Shown here piece after piece: positions 20,414-29,366 of a DNA stretch of 64,000 nucleotides. The translations under genes were made by a program, and so were the position numbers. The notes beneath the pieces are model-generated. The model saw nothing but the letters and a program-made list of their open reading frames with translations. It was not told the origin of the DNA and searched no databases. The stretch lies in contig OZ245817.1 in assembly GCA_965228475.1 (NCBI GenBank), forward strand, positions 4,608,001 to 4,672,000. The letters run 5' to 3'. Position 1 is the first letter of the stretch. Every line of letters begins with the position of its first letter. This stretch comes from Myxococcota bacterium (GTDB taxonomy: Bacteria > Myxococcota_A > UBA9160 > JAFDDA01).

Positions 20414-20994
20414 TGAGCGGCGAGGCGCGCGCCTGCGAGGAGTGCTCGCTCTGCTGCGTGGTCCTGCGCGTGGACGAGCTGGCGAAGCTCGGCGGAACAC
20501 CCTGCCCGGAGCTGCGCGCACCCGAAGCGGGCGGCGGGTGCGGCATCCACGCGCGGCGGCCGGGGATCTGCCGCGGCTACCGCTGCCTCTGGCTACAGGG
20601 CGGGCTCGAAGCGACGGACCGGCCGGACCGGCTCGGCGCGGTGCTCGATCTCCTCACGACGGGCGCCGAGACGCGGCTCGAGATCCGCGAAGCCGAGCCC
20701 GGCGCCTTCGAGTGCTCGCCCCGGCTTCAGGAAATCGCCGAGAAGTACCGCGCGGCCATGCCCGTTCGGATCCTCGACGTGGGCGACGTGCTCGACGCGA
20801 GCCGCCCCGAGCGCGTGCTCCTGCCGGGCGGGCGCGAGCGGCGCGTGGCGGGCGAGCGGGTGACGGAGCTCGAGGACGGGCGCGTCGTTGGCGAGCACCG
20901 CATCCCGTGGCTCGAGCGGACCCTCCGGCGGGTGCGCATCGCCTGGCAGCGACGGCGGTTCCGCGGCTACCGGGGCTCTCCCGAGGAGCGCTAG
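20413..20994 (+). CDS. CxxCxxCC (YkgJ-like) zinc/iron-chelating protein
   Basis: CEECSLCC...C...CGIHARRPGICRGYRCLW; TGATG coupling to amn. Confidence 0.8.
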   Translation: MSGEARACEECSLCCVVLRVDELAKLGGTPCPELRAPEAGGGCGIHARRPGICRGYRCLWLQGGLEATDRPDRLGAVLDLLTTGAETRLEIREAEPGAFECSPRLQEIAEKYRAAMPVRILDVGDVLDASRPERVLLPGGRERRVAGERVTELEDGRVVGEHRIPWLERTLRRVRIAWQRRRFRGYRGSPEER

Positions 20995-22724
20995 CGGGCT
21001 CGGTCGAGCACCCGGTAGCGCTCGCCGTCGATCAGGATGTCGCGGTGGGCCGGCTCGACCGCTTCGATGCGCCCTTCGCGCATGGCGTCGAAGAGTTCGA
21101 GGACACGCGGGGCGCGCGGTGCGTTCAGGCTTTCTCCGATGCGCTCGAAGCCTTCGTTCGTCTCCGCAAGCAGATGGAGCTGCGCCCAGTGCTCCGTGCC
21201 GATGGCGACGAGCCATTCGAGCGGGGGCTCGCCATCGTAGTCGAAGGGCGCCGCCTTGCAGAAGTTGTCGCCGCCACATCCGTGGCCGTGGCTCGCCTGG
21301 GCCATGTTGCGGATGGCAGCGTGGAGTCCTTCCGGCAAAGCCTTCTCCGTCAGGAACTCGAGCCCCTCGCTCCCGGGCCGCTCCTGGTTCCACTCCCAGT
21401 AGTTCGTGTGGAGCCGCGTGCGTTCCATCTGCGCGAGGATCTCGGCGTGCTCGGGGTGGCCGGTGAGACCGGCGAGCGCCTCGAAGCGCTCCGCACCCAC
21501 CTGGCCGAGCTGGAAGTAGAGCGTGCCGTAGTCGAACTCGGCGGCGCTGGCGCGGCCCTCGGCGAGGCGCGCGAACTGGCTGCGCGCGCTCAGCCCGAGC
21601 GGGTCGAGCCACGGCGTATGGGTCAGGAGGCCGAGCGCCACCGCGAGCAGCGCCACGAACAGGTTCACCGCACGGATCGCGCGCAGCCACGGCGTGCCGC
21701 GGCGGAGGACCGCCCCCGCGTAGCCGAAGGCGTAGGCCCCGAGCACGATCGTCGCGAGGGCCATCCACACCCGCTGGGGCGTGAGCCCGTATTGCCCGAT
21801 GCGCGCAGAGATGCCGTAGGCCGCGATCGCCGCGAAGACCGCCATGGCCAGGAGCGCCGCCTCGACGAGCCAGCGCATCGGCCCGGGCAGCCCGCCCTCG
21901 CGCTCGGAGCCGTCCTGATAGACCGCATTCAAGAAGAGCACCGTGAGCGCGACCCAGGTGAGCAGGAGCTGCGAGGCGTGGTTCGTATCCCAGAGCACGT
22001 CGAGCCCCGTGAAGGGGAGCACGGCCAGGAAGATCAGCGCGACGAAGGCCACGAGCGGCAGGAGCCCGCGGAAGACCGCGAGCGTGATGCCCCGCAGCGT
22101 CGAGACCACGCGCTCGCTCTCGCGCCCGAGCGCCACGCCGAAGCCGGCGGCCGCGCCCGTCACCACGGAGATGAAGCACGCCTTGCCGAACAGATCGCCG
22201 AAGAAATCGATGCCGACCAGCTCGAAGAGCGCGGCCCAGAGGAAGAGCACCGTCCAGAGCGCCGCGACGAACAGCGCGCCCACGAGGGCGACGAAGAAGT
22301 TGTTCCAGCCGTGGAGGAAGAGATCCTCGTAGGGGAAGTGCAGCCGCCCCGTGCGCTGGAAGATCTGGAGGAAGGGCCCGAGCACGTAGAGCGTCACGAG
22401 CGCTGCGATCACCCAGGTGGCGACGCGCTGCTGATCCTGCCGGTGGATCTCGAACTCGACGGGCACCACCCAGCCGACCCACCCGGCCGTCGCGGCGTAG
22501 ACGAGCCCCGTCCCGACCGCGAGCGCGACGAGCCGCCCGCGCGAAGCCCCGGACCAGACGAAGTGGAAGACCAGGCTCGAAACGGCAAGAAAGGAGAGAA
22601 GCGCGGCCGCGCCGGCGCGCGCCGCATGCTCGTCGGGCCAGGCCTCGGCCAGGACCCAGATGGCGAGGCCCTGCAGGCCGCCGGTGACGGCTAGCCACAG
22701 TCTGTCGCGCACGTCCTCGGGCAT
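20991..22724 (-). CDS. DUF4153 family membrane protein
   Basis: Multi-TM; YEDLFLHGW, RIGQYGLTPQR, LSARSQFARL, FDYGTL. Confidence 0.8.
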   Translation of the reverse strand: MPEDVRDRLWLAVTGGLQGLAIWVLAEAWPDEHAARAGAAALLSFLAVSSLVFHFVWSGASRGRLVALAVGTGLVYAATAGWVGWVVPVEFEIHRQDQQRVATWVIAALVTLYVLGPFLQIFQRTGRLHFPYEDLFLHGWNNFFVALVGALFVAALWTVLFLWAALFELVGIDFFGDLFGKACFISVVTGAAAGFGVALGRESERVVSTLRGITLAVFRGLLPLVAFVALIFLAVLPFTGLDVLWDTNHASQLLLTWVALTVLFLNAVYQDGSEREGGLPGPMRWLVEAALLAMAVFAAIAAYGISARIGQYGLTPQRVWMALATIVLGAYAFGYAGAVLRRGTPWLRAIRAVNLFVALLAVALGLLTHTPWLDPLGLSARSQFARLAEGRASAAEFDYGTLYFQLGQVGAERFEALAGLTGHPEHAEILAQMERTRLHTNYWEWNQERPGSEGLEFLTEKALPEGLHAAIRNMAQASHGHGCGGDNFCKAAPFDYDGEPPLEWLVAIGTEHWAQLHLLAETNEGFERIGESLNAPRAPRVLELFDAMREGRIEAVEPAHRDILIDGERYRVLDRAR

Positions 22725-22736
22725 CCGTCTTGGATG

Positions 22737-23927
22737 CTACGCAATTCGGGAGATCGCGACGATGACCCACGCGACTCCGACGAGATGGAGACCTCCGAGA
22801 AGGAAGGCACTCACACCCACCCACTTCGGAGTGACCGCCATCGCGAGCTGCCCCGGGCGGATCAACGGCAATGCGATCAGGGCTCCAGACAAGAATCCGG
22901 CCAGGTGACCTGCAGTAGCGGCGTTCTCGATCACCCAATCCGTCATGGCAGCAAAGACGAGCACGTAGGCAAACATCCGCCACGGCAATCGCAAGGTGGC
23001 CGGGAGCTCTCGCCGGCGGAACACGTTGATCGACAGGAACGAGCCCATTGCGCCGAACACCGCCGCCGAAGCGCCCACAGCCGGCTGATCGGGATGGAGG
23101 AACGCCCAGCAGGACGCACCGACCAGCGAAGAGAACCCGAGGACGACGAGAAATCGTCGACTTCCGACTGCGTTCTCCAGCAGCATGCCGAGGGAGACCA
23201 GGGCGAAGAGGTTCCCCGCCAGATGGAGCGTCCCGACATGCAAGAGAACTCCGCTGAACAGCCGGACCCACTGACCCGCGGCGACTTCGTTCCCGATCAC
23301 GGATCCGAGCGGATCGAGAGCCCCCGCGTCTTCGAACCCACCTGAAAACCACATGGCCAAACCGATTCCCAGCAGAACGGAGGCGAGACAGAGGGTCACC
23401 AGCGGCGGGCTCGCTAGAGATCGGTCTGCGATCGTCGCTCGGTCCTCGAGAGACTCGGTCCAGCCGCCGGGAAGCCGTCGACGCACTTCCCGGTAGAACT
23501 CGCCCGCCCGTTCGACGGACCCGAACTGTCTGAAAGCGACTGCGATCGGCGCTCTCCCCGCTACCCCGATGCGAACCACGCGAGGCAACCGGTCGTGCCA
23601 CTCCAGACTGAAGATCTCGCCGAAAGGAACGATTCCCGTAACCCTCGACGCCGGATCTCGGAAGACGATTCCATCGCCATCGACGGCTACGCTCGACCCG
23701 TCCTGAAGCAGCCGCCGGATCTGACGGAGGGAGGCCCATCCGTTGACGATCGCCGCGGCGAGGTGGAGTAGTGCCCACACGAGGACGCGATCGGGATCGG
23801 CGAAGACTCCGATCGCCGTGACCGCCTGCCCCCCCATGCCGGCCGTAGCCGCCTCGATCTCGTAGCCGACGATCGACCCGTGCTTGAGTCGCCAGATCCC
23901 CCCTCCACTTCCAGCCGGGTCACTCAC
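22737..23927 (-). CDS. rhomboid intramembrane serine protease with N-terminal TM + soluble extension
   Basis: WVRLFSGVLLHVGTLHLAGN, GASAA (catalytic Ser), GHLAG (catalytic His); GTG start overlaps the RHS stop (GTGA). Confidence 0.9.
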   Translation of the reverse strand: MSDPAGSGGGIWRLKHGSIVGYEIEAATAGMGGQAVTAIGVFADPDRVLVWALLHLAAAIVNGWASLRQIRRLLQDGSSVAVDGDGIVFRDPASRVTGIVPFGEIFSLEWHDRLPRVVRIGVAGRAPIAVAFRQFGSVERAGEFYREVRRRLPGGWTESLEDRATIADRSLASPPLVTLCLASVLLGIGLAMWFSGGFEDAGALDPLGSVIGNEVAAGQWVRLFSGVLLHVGTLHLAGNLFALVSLGMLLENAVGSRRFLVVLGFSSLVGASCWAFLHPDQPAVGASAAVFGAMGSFLSINVFRRRELPATLRLPWRMFAYVLVFAAMTDWVIENAATAGHLAGFLSGALIALPLIRPGQLAMAVTPKWVGVSAFLLGGLHLVGVAWVIVAISRIA

Positions 23928-26900
23928 TGGGACTCCGACCCCTTCGGACGTTGCCGCGACCTGCTCCGAGCAATCAGGATTGCAAGCAACAGCTGAAGCG
24001 GAAGCAACGTGGCAACGCTCTTCCATCCGGCCGGGACCCGGGTGATGGACTGAGGCGAACAGAACGCACCGGCCATGCCTGCGATCACCGCTGCGCTGAA
24101 GAAGGCGATGCTGACGCCGCTTAGCGTACTCGCCACGAGGAGAGCCCCGTACAAGCCGAGTCCCCAGCCCAACGCACCGAACCCGAAAGAGAAAGCAGTG
24201 AGAACTGCTGCGGCCCTCTCGGCGCTCCGGTCCGGATTCGTCCCCTCCGGATCCGAGAACCACACCGGGTTTCCCAGCGTGTAGGAGAACTGGTTCACGA
24301 GCTGGAAGATCGGGTCCGGGGAGAGGAAGCGGCCGGCGGCGGGGTCGTAGATGCGTTCGCCGAGGATCATGAGATCGCCGAACTCGGCGCGGCCGACGAA
24401 ACGGATCGGGTCGTCGCTGGCTCCGTGCACCGCGGCAACGCCGTAGCCGTCGTACTCGTAGTGGCTGCGGACCACTCCGGCGTGGTCCGTGGTGAACTTG
24501 ACGTTCCCCCGGAAGTCGAAGTGGCGGTACTGGTGCTGGCCGGTGATCAGGTCGATGCGAACGTCGCCGAGGTCCATGCTGACGGGAAGGCCGTAGGCGT
24601 CGGCCTGGACCGCTCCGCCGAAGCGGCGCTGCAGCGTGACGCCCGCCACGGTCGAGGAGACGAGCCGCCCGGTCATGTCCCAGGCGAGTTCGTCCAGACC
24701 GTGGGAAGCAAGGCGGCCGTGCGCCGTCCAGGTGATCGGGATGCCGCCGCGTTCGGTCACGAAGCCGGCTTCGTCGTACTGGTAGCTCCCGACACCTTCG
24801 GCATGGACCAGGCGGTTGCCTTCGGCGTTGTACGCCAGCGGGCCGCGCGGACTCTCGAGCAGGTTCGACTTGGCATCCAGGAAGTAGTTCCCGATGCTTC
24901 CGATCCCAGCGAGTTGGGGACCCGCCGCATTGGGACCTGGAGACGGTGCGAGGTAGTAGGCTTCCTCGGTCGCCACCTCGACGCCTCCGAAGGTCTGGGT
25001 CGTCGCCCCGACGAAGTCGAGCCCGAAGCCGATCCGGGTCAGGACCGTCGATTCGACGACGTCGCCGCCGGCATCGCGGGTCGAAGCCGAATCGAGGCCG
25101 CCGATGTCCGGCTGGTAGTCGAACTCGCGCGTGAGCCCGTTCCCGTAGCGGATCTCCGCGATTCGACCTTCCTCGTACCGACGCTCGACCAGCACCGAGC
25201 CTCCCTCGCGGATCTCGACCTCGCGGCCGGCGCCATCGTACGCACGGGTGACGTCCGCGACGACCTGGAAATCCGCCTCGACGTGGACTTCGCTCGTTCG
25301 GCGCGACCGCAGGTCGTGGCCGAAGACCGTGAAGGACCCGTCGCCGTGGGTGACGGCGCTCGTGCGCCCGGCGGCGTCGTAGGCGAACTGCTCCACCCTG
25401 CCTCCCATCGTGTCGTCGCTCGAGACGAGGAGACCGCCCTGCCAGGTCAGCGTCTGCGTTCCTTCGAGCGCACCGTCCCGCAGGGCTCTCACGAGGACCG
25501 GGCGTCCGTCGTCGTCGTAGACGGTCTCACGGCGCATCCCGTTCGGACGTTCCACGGCGGTCTCCCGCCCCATCGCGTCGTGGGTGAAGACGGTCGAGTG
25601 CCAGGAACCATCAGCGAACTCTCGGCGCTCGATCAGACGGCCGAAGGCGTCGTAGATCATCTCGTGATCGTCACCCGCATCGCGTGTGATGGCGGTCTGC
25701 TGACCGTCGGCCCGGACGTCGATCGCGATCACTCCGGTCTTCAGCTGCAGGGACCGGAGGTTGCGGTCGGCGTCGTAGCTACGAGTGACGACACCGCCCA
25801 CCTCCGGGCCACTCCCCCCGGTGCCACGGACGAGGTTCCCGACCTCGTCCCATTCGCTCTCGAGATCGAAGCCGTCGATCGTTACCACCGAGGCGTGGCC
25901 GTGCTCGCCGTAGTCCGAGTAGCTCGCCATGACACCGTCCGGGTCGGTCCGACTCGCGAGGTTCCCGTCGGCGTCGTAGGTGAAGGTCGTCGTCTCACCC
26001 GCTCCGTTCGCCCGGCTCGAGAGCCGCCCGGCTGCATCGTAGGTGCGGAGCTCCAAGAGACCCAACGCATCCAACGCCTGGAGCAACGGGCGGCGGTTCG
26101 GATCCTCGCGGTTCGCTGCGGTCGGTGCGTAGGTGTACTGGATCACGTTCCCCGAGGGCTCGGTCTCGGCTCGGACGTCGTCGTCGATCCACGTCCATGT
26201 GCGGACGGACCCATCGGGTTCGATACGCTGCACCGGCCGAACGCCGCTCCAGGCGATCTGCGTCCGGTCACCCGATCCGACGAGCAGGAGCTCCACCAAG
26301 CGCCGGCTCTCATCGAACGCGAAGCGCCGCTCCCCGCCGACGGCCGGGAAGTAGCGCGTGTGGTAGAGGCCGTCGCTCTTGCCCTGATACGAGAAGGTGT
26401 GGACGGCGTCGGGTGTCCCGACGAGCCGGACCTCGGTGACGCGGCCACCGGCCACGGCGATCTCCGTTCGCTCGCCGTCCGAGGTGGTCATGGCGGCGAG
26501 CTGGCCGCCCGCATATTCATAGGTGAAGCCGGGGCGCGACTCCGCGACATCGAGCCCATCGCGAGCGTTCACGAGTCGGTCTGCCGCGTTCCAGGCGAAT
26601 GCGGCCTGGCGCCCCGTCCGGTCGGTGACGGCGACCAGCCGTGCCGACGCGTCGTAGCCCAGATCGAAGAACGTCGAGCAGCTCGCGGGCGCCGAGCACT
26701 GATCGATGCGAAGGATGCGCGTCGTCCCGCCGACCCCGCCCGACACGTAGTGGAGTCGCGGATAGCTCGCGTCCGACCAATGCTCCGTTTCGAGCCGGCC
26801 GGCGGCATCGAACGTCCAGACGACTCCCCCCTTCGTTCGAATCCGGTTGGCGTCGAGCTTCACCCAATGCGTCCCCGGGATCGCGGCGCCGTCGGAGAGC

Positions 26901-27256
26901 GAGGAGACGTCGTGCGTGGCGCCCGAGGGGTCGAGAAAGCTCACGCCGTCGTAGCGAACGTCGAAGTTCCAGAGCCATGCCGCCGCGGCGGCGTCGTAGA
27001 CGGCGGCGATCTCCCGCGTTCCCAGGCGGGTGTCGATCGCCAGATCGACGCGGCGGATCGAGAGGTTCCCGCCGATCGTGTTCACCCGCATCAGCCCGAC
27101 TTCAACGATGGCGTCCTCCTGATATTCGTAGACACCGGCTCGCGGCGTCAGCGCGGGGTTGGGCGGCGGGCAACCGAGCATGGGAAGACAGAGAGCCTGA
27201 AGGATCGCCAGGGCCCGAACCTTCACCGAGTGGGTAGTCGTGCGCGTTCGATGCAT
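23924..27256 (-). CDS. RHS/YD-repeat protein with lipoprotein signal and hydrophobic C-terminal cargo
   Basis: Signal ending LPMLGC; many YDxxGRL repeats; RHS core RIYDPAAGRFLSPDP...YTLGNPVWFSDPEG; GGAG SD 8 nt before ATG. Confidence 0.92.
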   Translation of the reverse strand: MHRTRTTTHSVKVRALAILQALCLPMLGCPPPNPALTPRAGVYEYQEDAIVEVGLMRVNTIGGNLSIRRVDLAIDTRLGTREIAAVYDAAAAAWLWNFDVRYDGVSFLDPSGATHDVSSLSDGAAIPGTHWVKLDANRIRTKGGVVWTFDAAGRLETEHWSDASYPRLHYVSGGVGGTTRILRIDQCSAPASCSTFFDLGYDASARLVAVTDRTGRQAAFAWNAADRLVNARDGLDVAESRPGFTYEYAGGQLAAMTTSDGERTEIAVAGGRVTEVRLVGTPDAVHTFSYQGKSDGLYHTRYFPAVGGERRFAFDESRRLVELLLVGSGDRTQIAWSGVRPVQRIEPDGSVRTWTWIDDDVRAETEPSGNVIQYTYAPTAANREDPNRRPLLQALDALGLLELRTYDAAGRLSSRANGAGETTTFTYDADGNLASRTDPDGVMASYSDYGEHGHASVVTIDGFDLESEWDEVGNLVRGTGGSGPEVGGVVTRSYDADRNLRSLQLKTGVIAIDVRADGQQTAITRDAGDDHEMIYDAFGRLIERREFADGSWHSTVFTHDAMGRETAVERPNGMRRETVYDDDGRPVLVRALRDGALEGTQTLTWQGGLLVSSDDTMGGRVEQFAYDAAGRTSAVTHGDGSFTVFGHDLRSRRTSEVHVEADFQVVADVTRAYDGAGREVEIREGGSVLVERRYEEGRIAEIRYGNGLTREFDYQPDIGGLDSASTRDAGGDVVESTVLTRIGFGLDFVGATTQTFGGVEVATEEAYYLAPSPGPNAAGPQLAGIGSIGNYFLDAKSNLLESPRGPLAYNAEGNRLVHAEGVGSYQYDEAGFVTERGGIPITWTAHGRLASHGLDELAWDMTGRLVSSTVAGVTLQRRFGGAVQADAYGLPVSMDLGDVRIDLITGQHQYRHFDFRGNVKFTTDHAGVVRSHYEYDGYGVAAVHGASDDPIRFVGRAEFGDLMILGERIYDPAAGRFLSPDPIFQLVNQFSYTLGNPVWFSDPEGTNPDRSAERAAAVLTAFSFGFGALGWGLGLYGALLVASTLSGVSIAFFSAAVIAGMAGAFCSPQSITRVPAGWKSVATLLPLQLLLAILIARSRSRQRPKGSESQ

Positions 27257-28112
27257 GGAGGATGCTCCGAGGGGACCGCGCGGGGTGGGAAAGAAAGGGT
27301 TCTGGCGAAGCCTTGCGCCGGGACAGCGCCGTCTGCGCGACGTGCAGGACGGACCAGAAGAGGTAGACAGCGGGCCCGAACACGAGGATCCGGAGCTCCT
27401 CGACGCGCGGCCCGGCCGCGAGAAGAGCCAGACCGACGGCGACGGGAACGGCGTGGGCGATGAAGAGCCTGCGCGCCGCCGTGCGCCCTCCTGCGGCATC
27501 GCCGGATCGCATTCTTGCCGTGGCTCTGCGAACCGAGAAGACCAGCCAGACGGCGACGTGGTACCCGGTCAGGACGGCGAAGGTATCGACGAAGGAGGGG
27601 CCAACGAACGGCATCGCGAGATCCGGGTAGACCGCCCTCACCTCTGGAGAGGAAACGGCCAGGAACGTGATCCCCGACGCACCCACGACGGCGATGCGAT
27701 GGCCCCGACGGTTCGCGGCGATCGGGGGCAGGCCTCCGATGGCCCCGCTCGACCGCTGAGACAGCTCGTTCTCGAGCACGTGCCAGTTCGAAACGGTGAG
27801 CAGCCCGAGTACCGGAAGCGGCGAAGCCAGGGCCGCCTGCCCGAATGCCTCCACCCCGGCCCCGTAGAACCCGAACACCACGGCGATGGAGGTCCAGACG
27901 AATGCCGTCCACAGGGCCCGCGGCGCACCTCCCGGGCGGGGGAAGACGGGCGGGGCGAACCATGCGGCGCCAAGAAGATGGCCGTAGCCGACCAACGTGA
28001 TGCAGAAGTAGACGTTCTCGGCGCGGCGAGGTGCATCCGGCCACAGGACGTGGGAGGCGGCCACGAAGGCGACGGGAACCGCCAACGCCAGGGCGCGATC
28101 AAACGATGCCAT
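27102..28112 (-). CDS. multi-pass membrane protein with four intramembrane His (Brp/Blh-like pattern)
   Basis: About 7 TM with GYGH, SNWH, GYH, SVLH; 3' end overlaps the RHS start. Confidence 0.7.
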   Translation of the reverse strand: MASFDRALALAVPVAFVAASHVLWPDAPRRAENVYFCITLVGYGHLLGAAWFAPPVFPRPGGAPRALWTAFVWTSIAVVFGFYGAGVEAFGQAALASPLPVLGLLTVSNWHVLENELSQRSSGAIGGLPPIAANRRGHRIAVVGASGITFLAVSSPEVRAVYPDLAMPFVGPSFVDTFAVLTGYHVAVWLVFSVRRATARMRSGDAAGGRTAARRLFIAHAVPVAVGLALLAAGPRVEELRILVFGPAVYLFWSVLHVAQTALSRRKASPEPFLSHPARSPRSILHASNAHDYPLGEGSGPGDPSGSLSSHARLPAAQPRADAASRCLRISGGRHR

Positions 28113-28785
28113 GGAGGCGACCCTCCCCGCCGCGCTCCCATCGTGCGATCCGAGCGCCCTGCCATGCGAGCGACGCCGACCCGAGAACCAGGGATGGCGC
28201 GACCATGGCCTCGATCCCGACCAGAGCGGCCGCGTTGAGCCCCGCGTGGGCTGCCATGCAGAAGGCGACGCTCCGGGTGAACTCGTACGCGGCCGCGAGC
28301 CCGACGCCCACGAAGGCGGTGCCGAGCACGGGCCACGGCTCGCCGTGGGGAAGCGCGAAGAGGAGGGCGCTCGCGAGCAGGCGGAGAGGTAGCCCCCATC
28401 GCAACCCCCGCAGGGCTTCGAGGAGCCGTTCCCGGTAGAGGAGTTCTTCGAAGGCCGGCGCCAGGACGAGAACGGCGACGACCGTCGAAAAAGCAGGCGT
28501 CGCCGTCGGCGGCTCGAACGGCTCGAAGCCCATCGCTTCGCCAACCGCCGCGATCACGACCCCCCACCCGGCGTAGCCTGCTCCGCCGACGCAGAAGCCG
28601 GCCGCGACGGTCGACGGTCTCGGGAACATCATCGGTGCATCGCGTTCGAGCATCACGGCGCCGAGGATCAGCGCGAAGGCCGCCGCCGTCGCCGCGTCCC
28701 GGCCCTGCTCCGCGAGCATCGAGGTGACGGCCCACGGCACGGTCCACACGAGCAGGATCAGCGAGAGGAGACGGACCACGTCCAT
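28099..28785 (-). CDS. CPBP (Abi/CAAX type II) intramembrane glutamic endopeptidase
   Basis: EELLYR, FALPH, HAGLN motifs intact. Confidence 0.92.
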   Translation of the reverse strand: MDVVRLLSLILLVWTVPWAVTSMLAEQGRDAATAAAFALILGAVMLERDAPMMFPRPSTVAAGFCVGGAGYAGWGVVIAAVGEAMGFEPFEPPTATPAFSTVVAVLVLAPAFEELLYRERLLEALRGLRWGLPLRLLASALLFALPHGEPWPVLGTAFVGVGLAAAYEFTRSVAFCMAAHAGLNAAALVGIEAMVAPSLVLGSASLAWQGARIARWERGGEGRLHGIV

Positions 28786-29366
28786 CCCCCACTGTGCCGG
28801 CACGACAGAACGATCCCTGCGACGACCCAGCCCGCAGCGGGAATCGCGGCGGAGACGGCCGGCGCCCCGAACGGCGGAATCGGCCGAAGCGGCTCGCTCG
28901 CGAGGCGGATGGCGCCGAGCCCGAAGAGAACGAGAGGGAGAAGCAAAGACGGGGCGACGTGTCGAAGAAGCGCATCGAGGCCCGCCGCCCCGGCGATCTC
29001 GACCGCCGCGGCCGAGACAAGATCCCCGGGGCGATGGCAACATCCCGCCACGAGACATCCCAGACGAGCGGTGGCAAAGGCGAGCGGAAGCGCGCCGAGG
29101 GCCGCCGCCGCGTACCGGCCCTGGAGTCCTCCCGTCCCCGCGACGCTCACCAGTACGCCGAGAGGGAGGAACACGATGGAGAACCCGGCGAGCGCTTCGG
29201 ACTCGAAAGCCCCGAGGTGGAGCGCGCGCCATCCGAGGTGCGCCGCGCACACGCCGAGCGCGAGGCCGGCGAAGAAGCGAGGCCCCTCCCCCGCCTCGCC
29301 GCCGCGCTCGAAGAAGCGCACGACCGCGACGGCGGACGCGCCCTGCCACAGCAAGAGCTGCATCAT
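28758..29366 (-). CDS. prolipoprotein diacylglyceryl transferase (Lgt)-like protein
   Basis: ARLGCLVAGCC and IRLASEPLR match the Lgt R-x-G-C/N and RxxxExxR signatures; shorter than canonical Lgt; start could be 29462. Confidence 0.7.
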   Translation of the reverse strand: MMQLLLWQGASAVAVVRFFERGGEAGEGPRFFAGLALGVCAAHLGWRALHLGAFESEALAGFSIVFLPLGVLVSVAGTGGLQGRYAAAALGALPLAFATARLGCLVAGCCHRPGDLVSAAAVEIAGAAGLDALLRHVAPSLLLPLVLFGLGAIRLASEPLRPIPPFGAPAVSAAIPAAGWVVAGIVLSCRHSGGWTWSVSSR

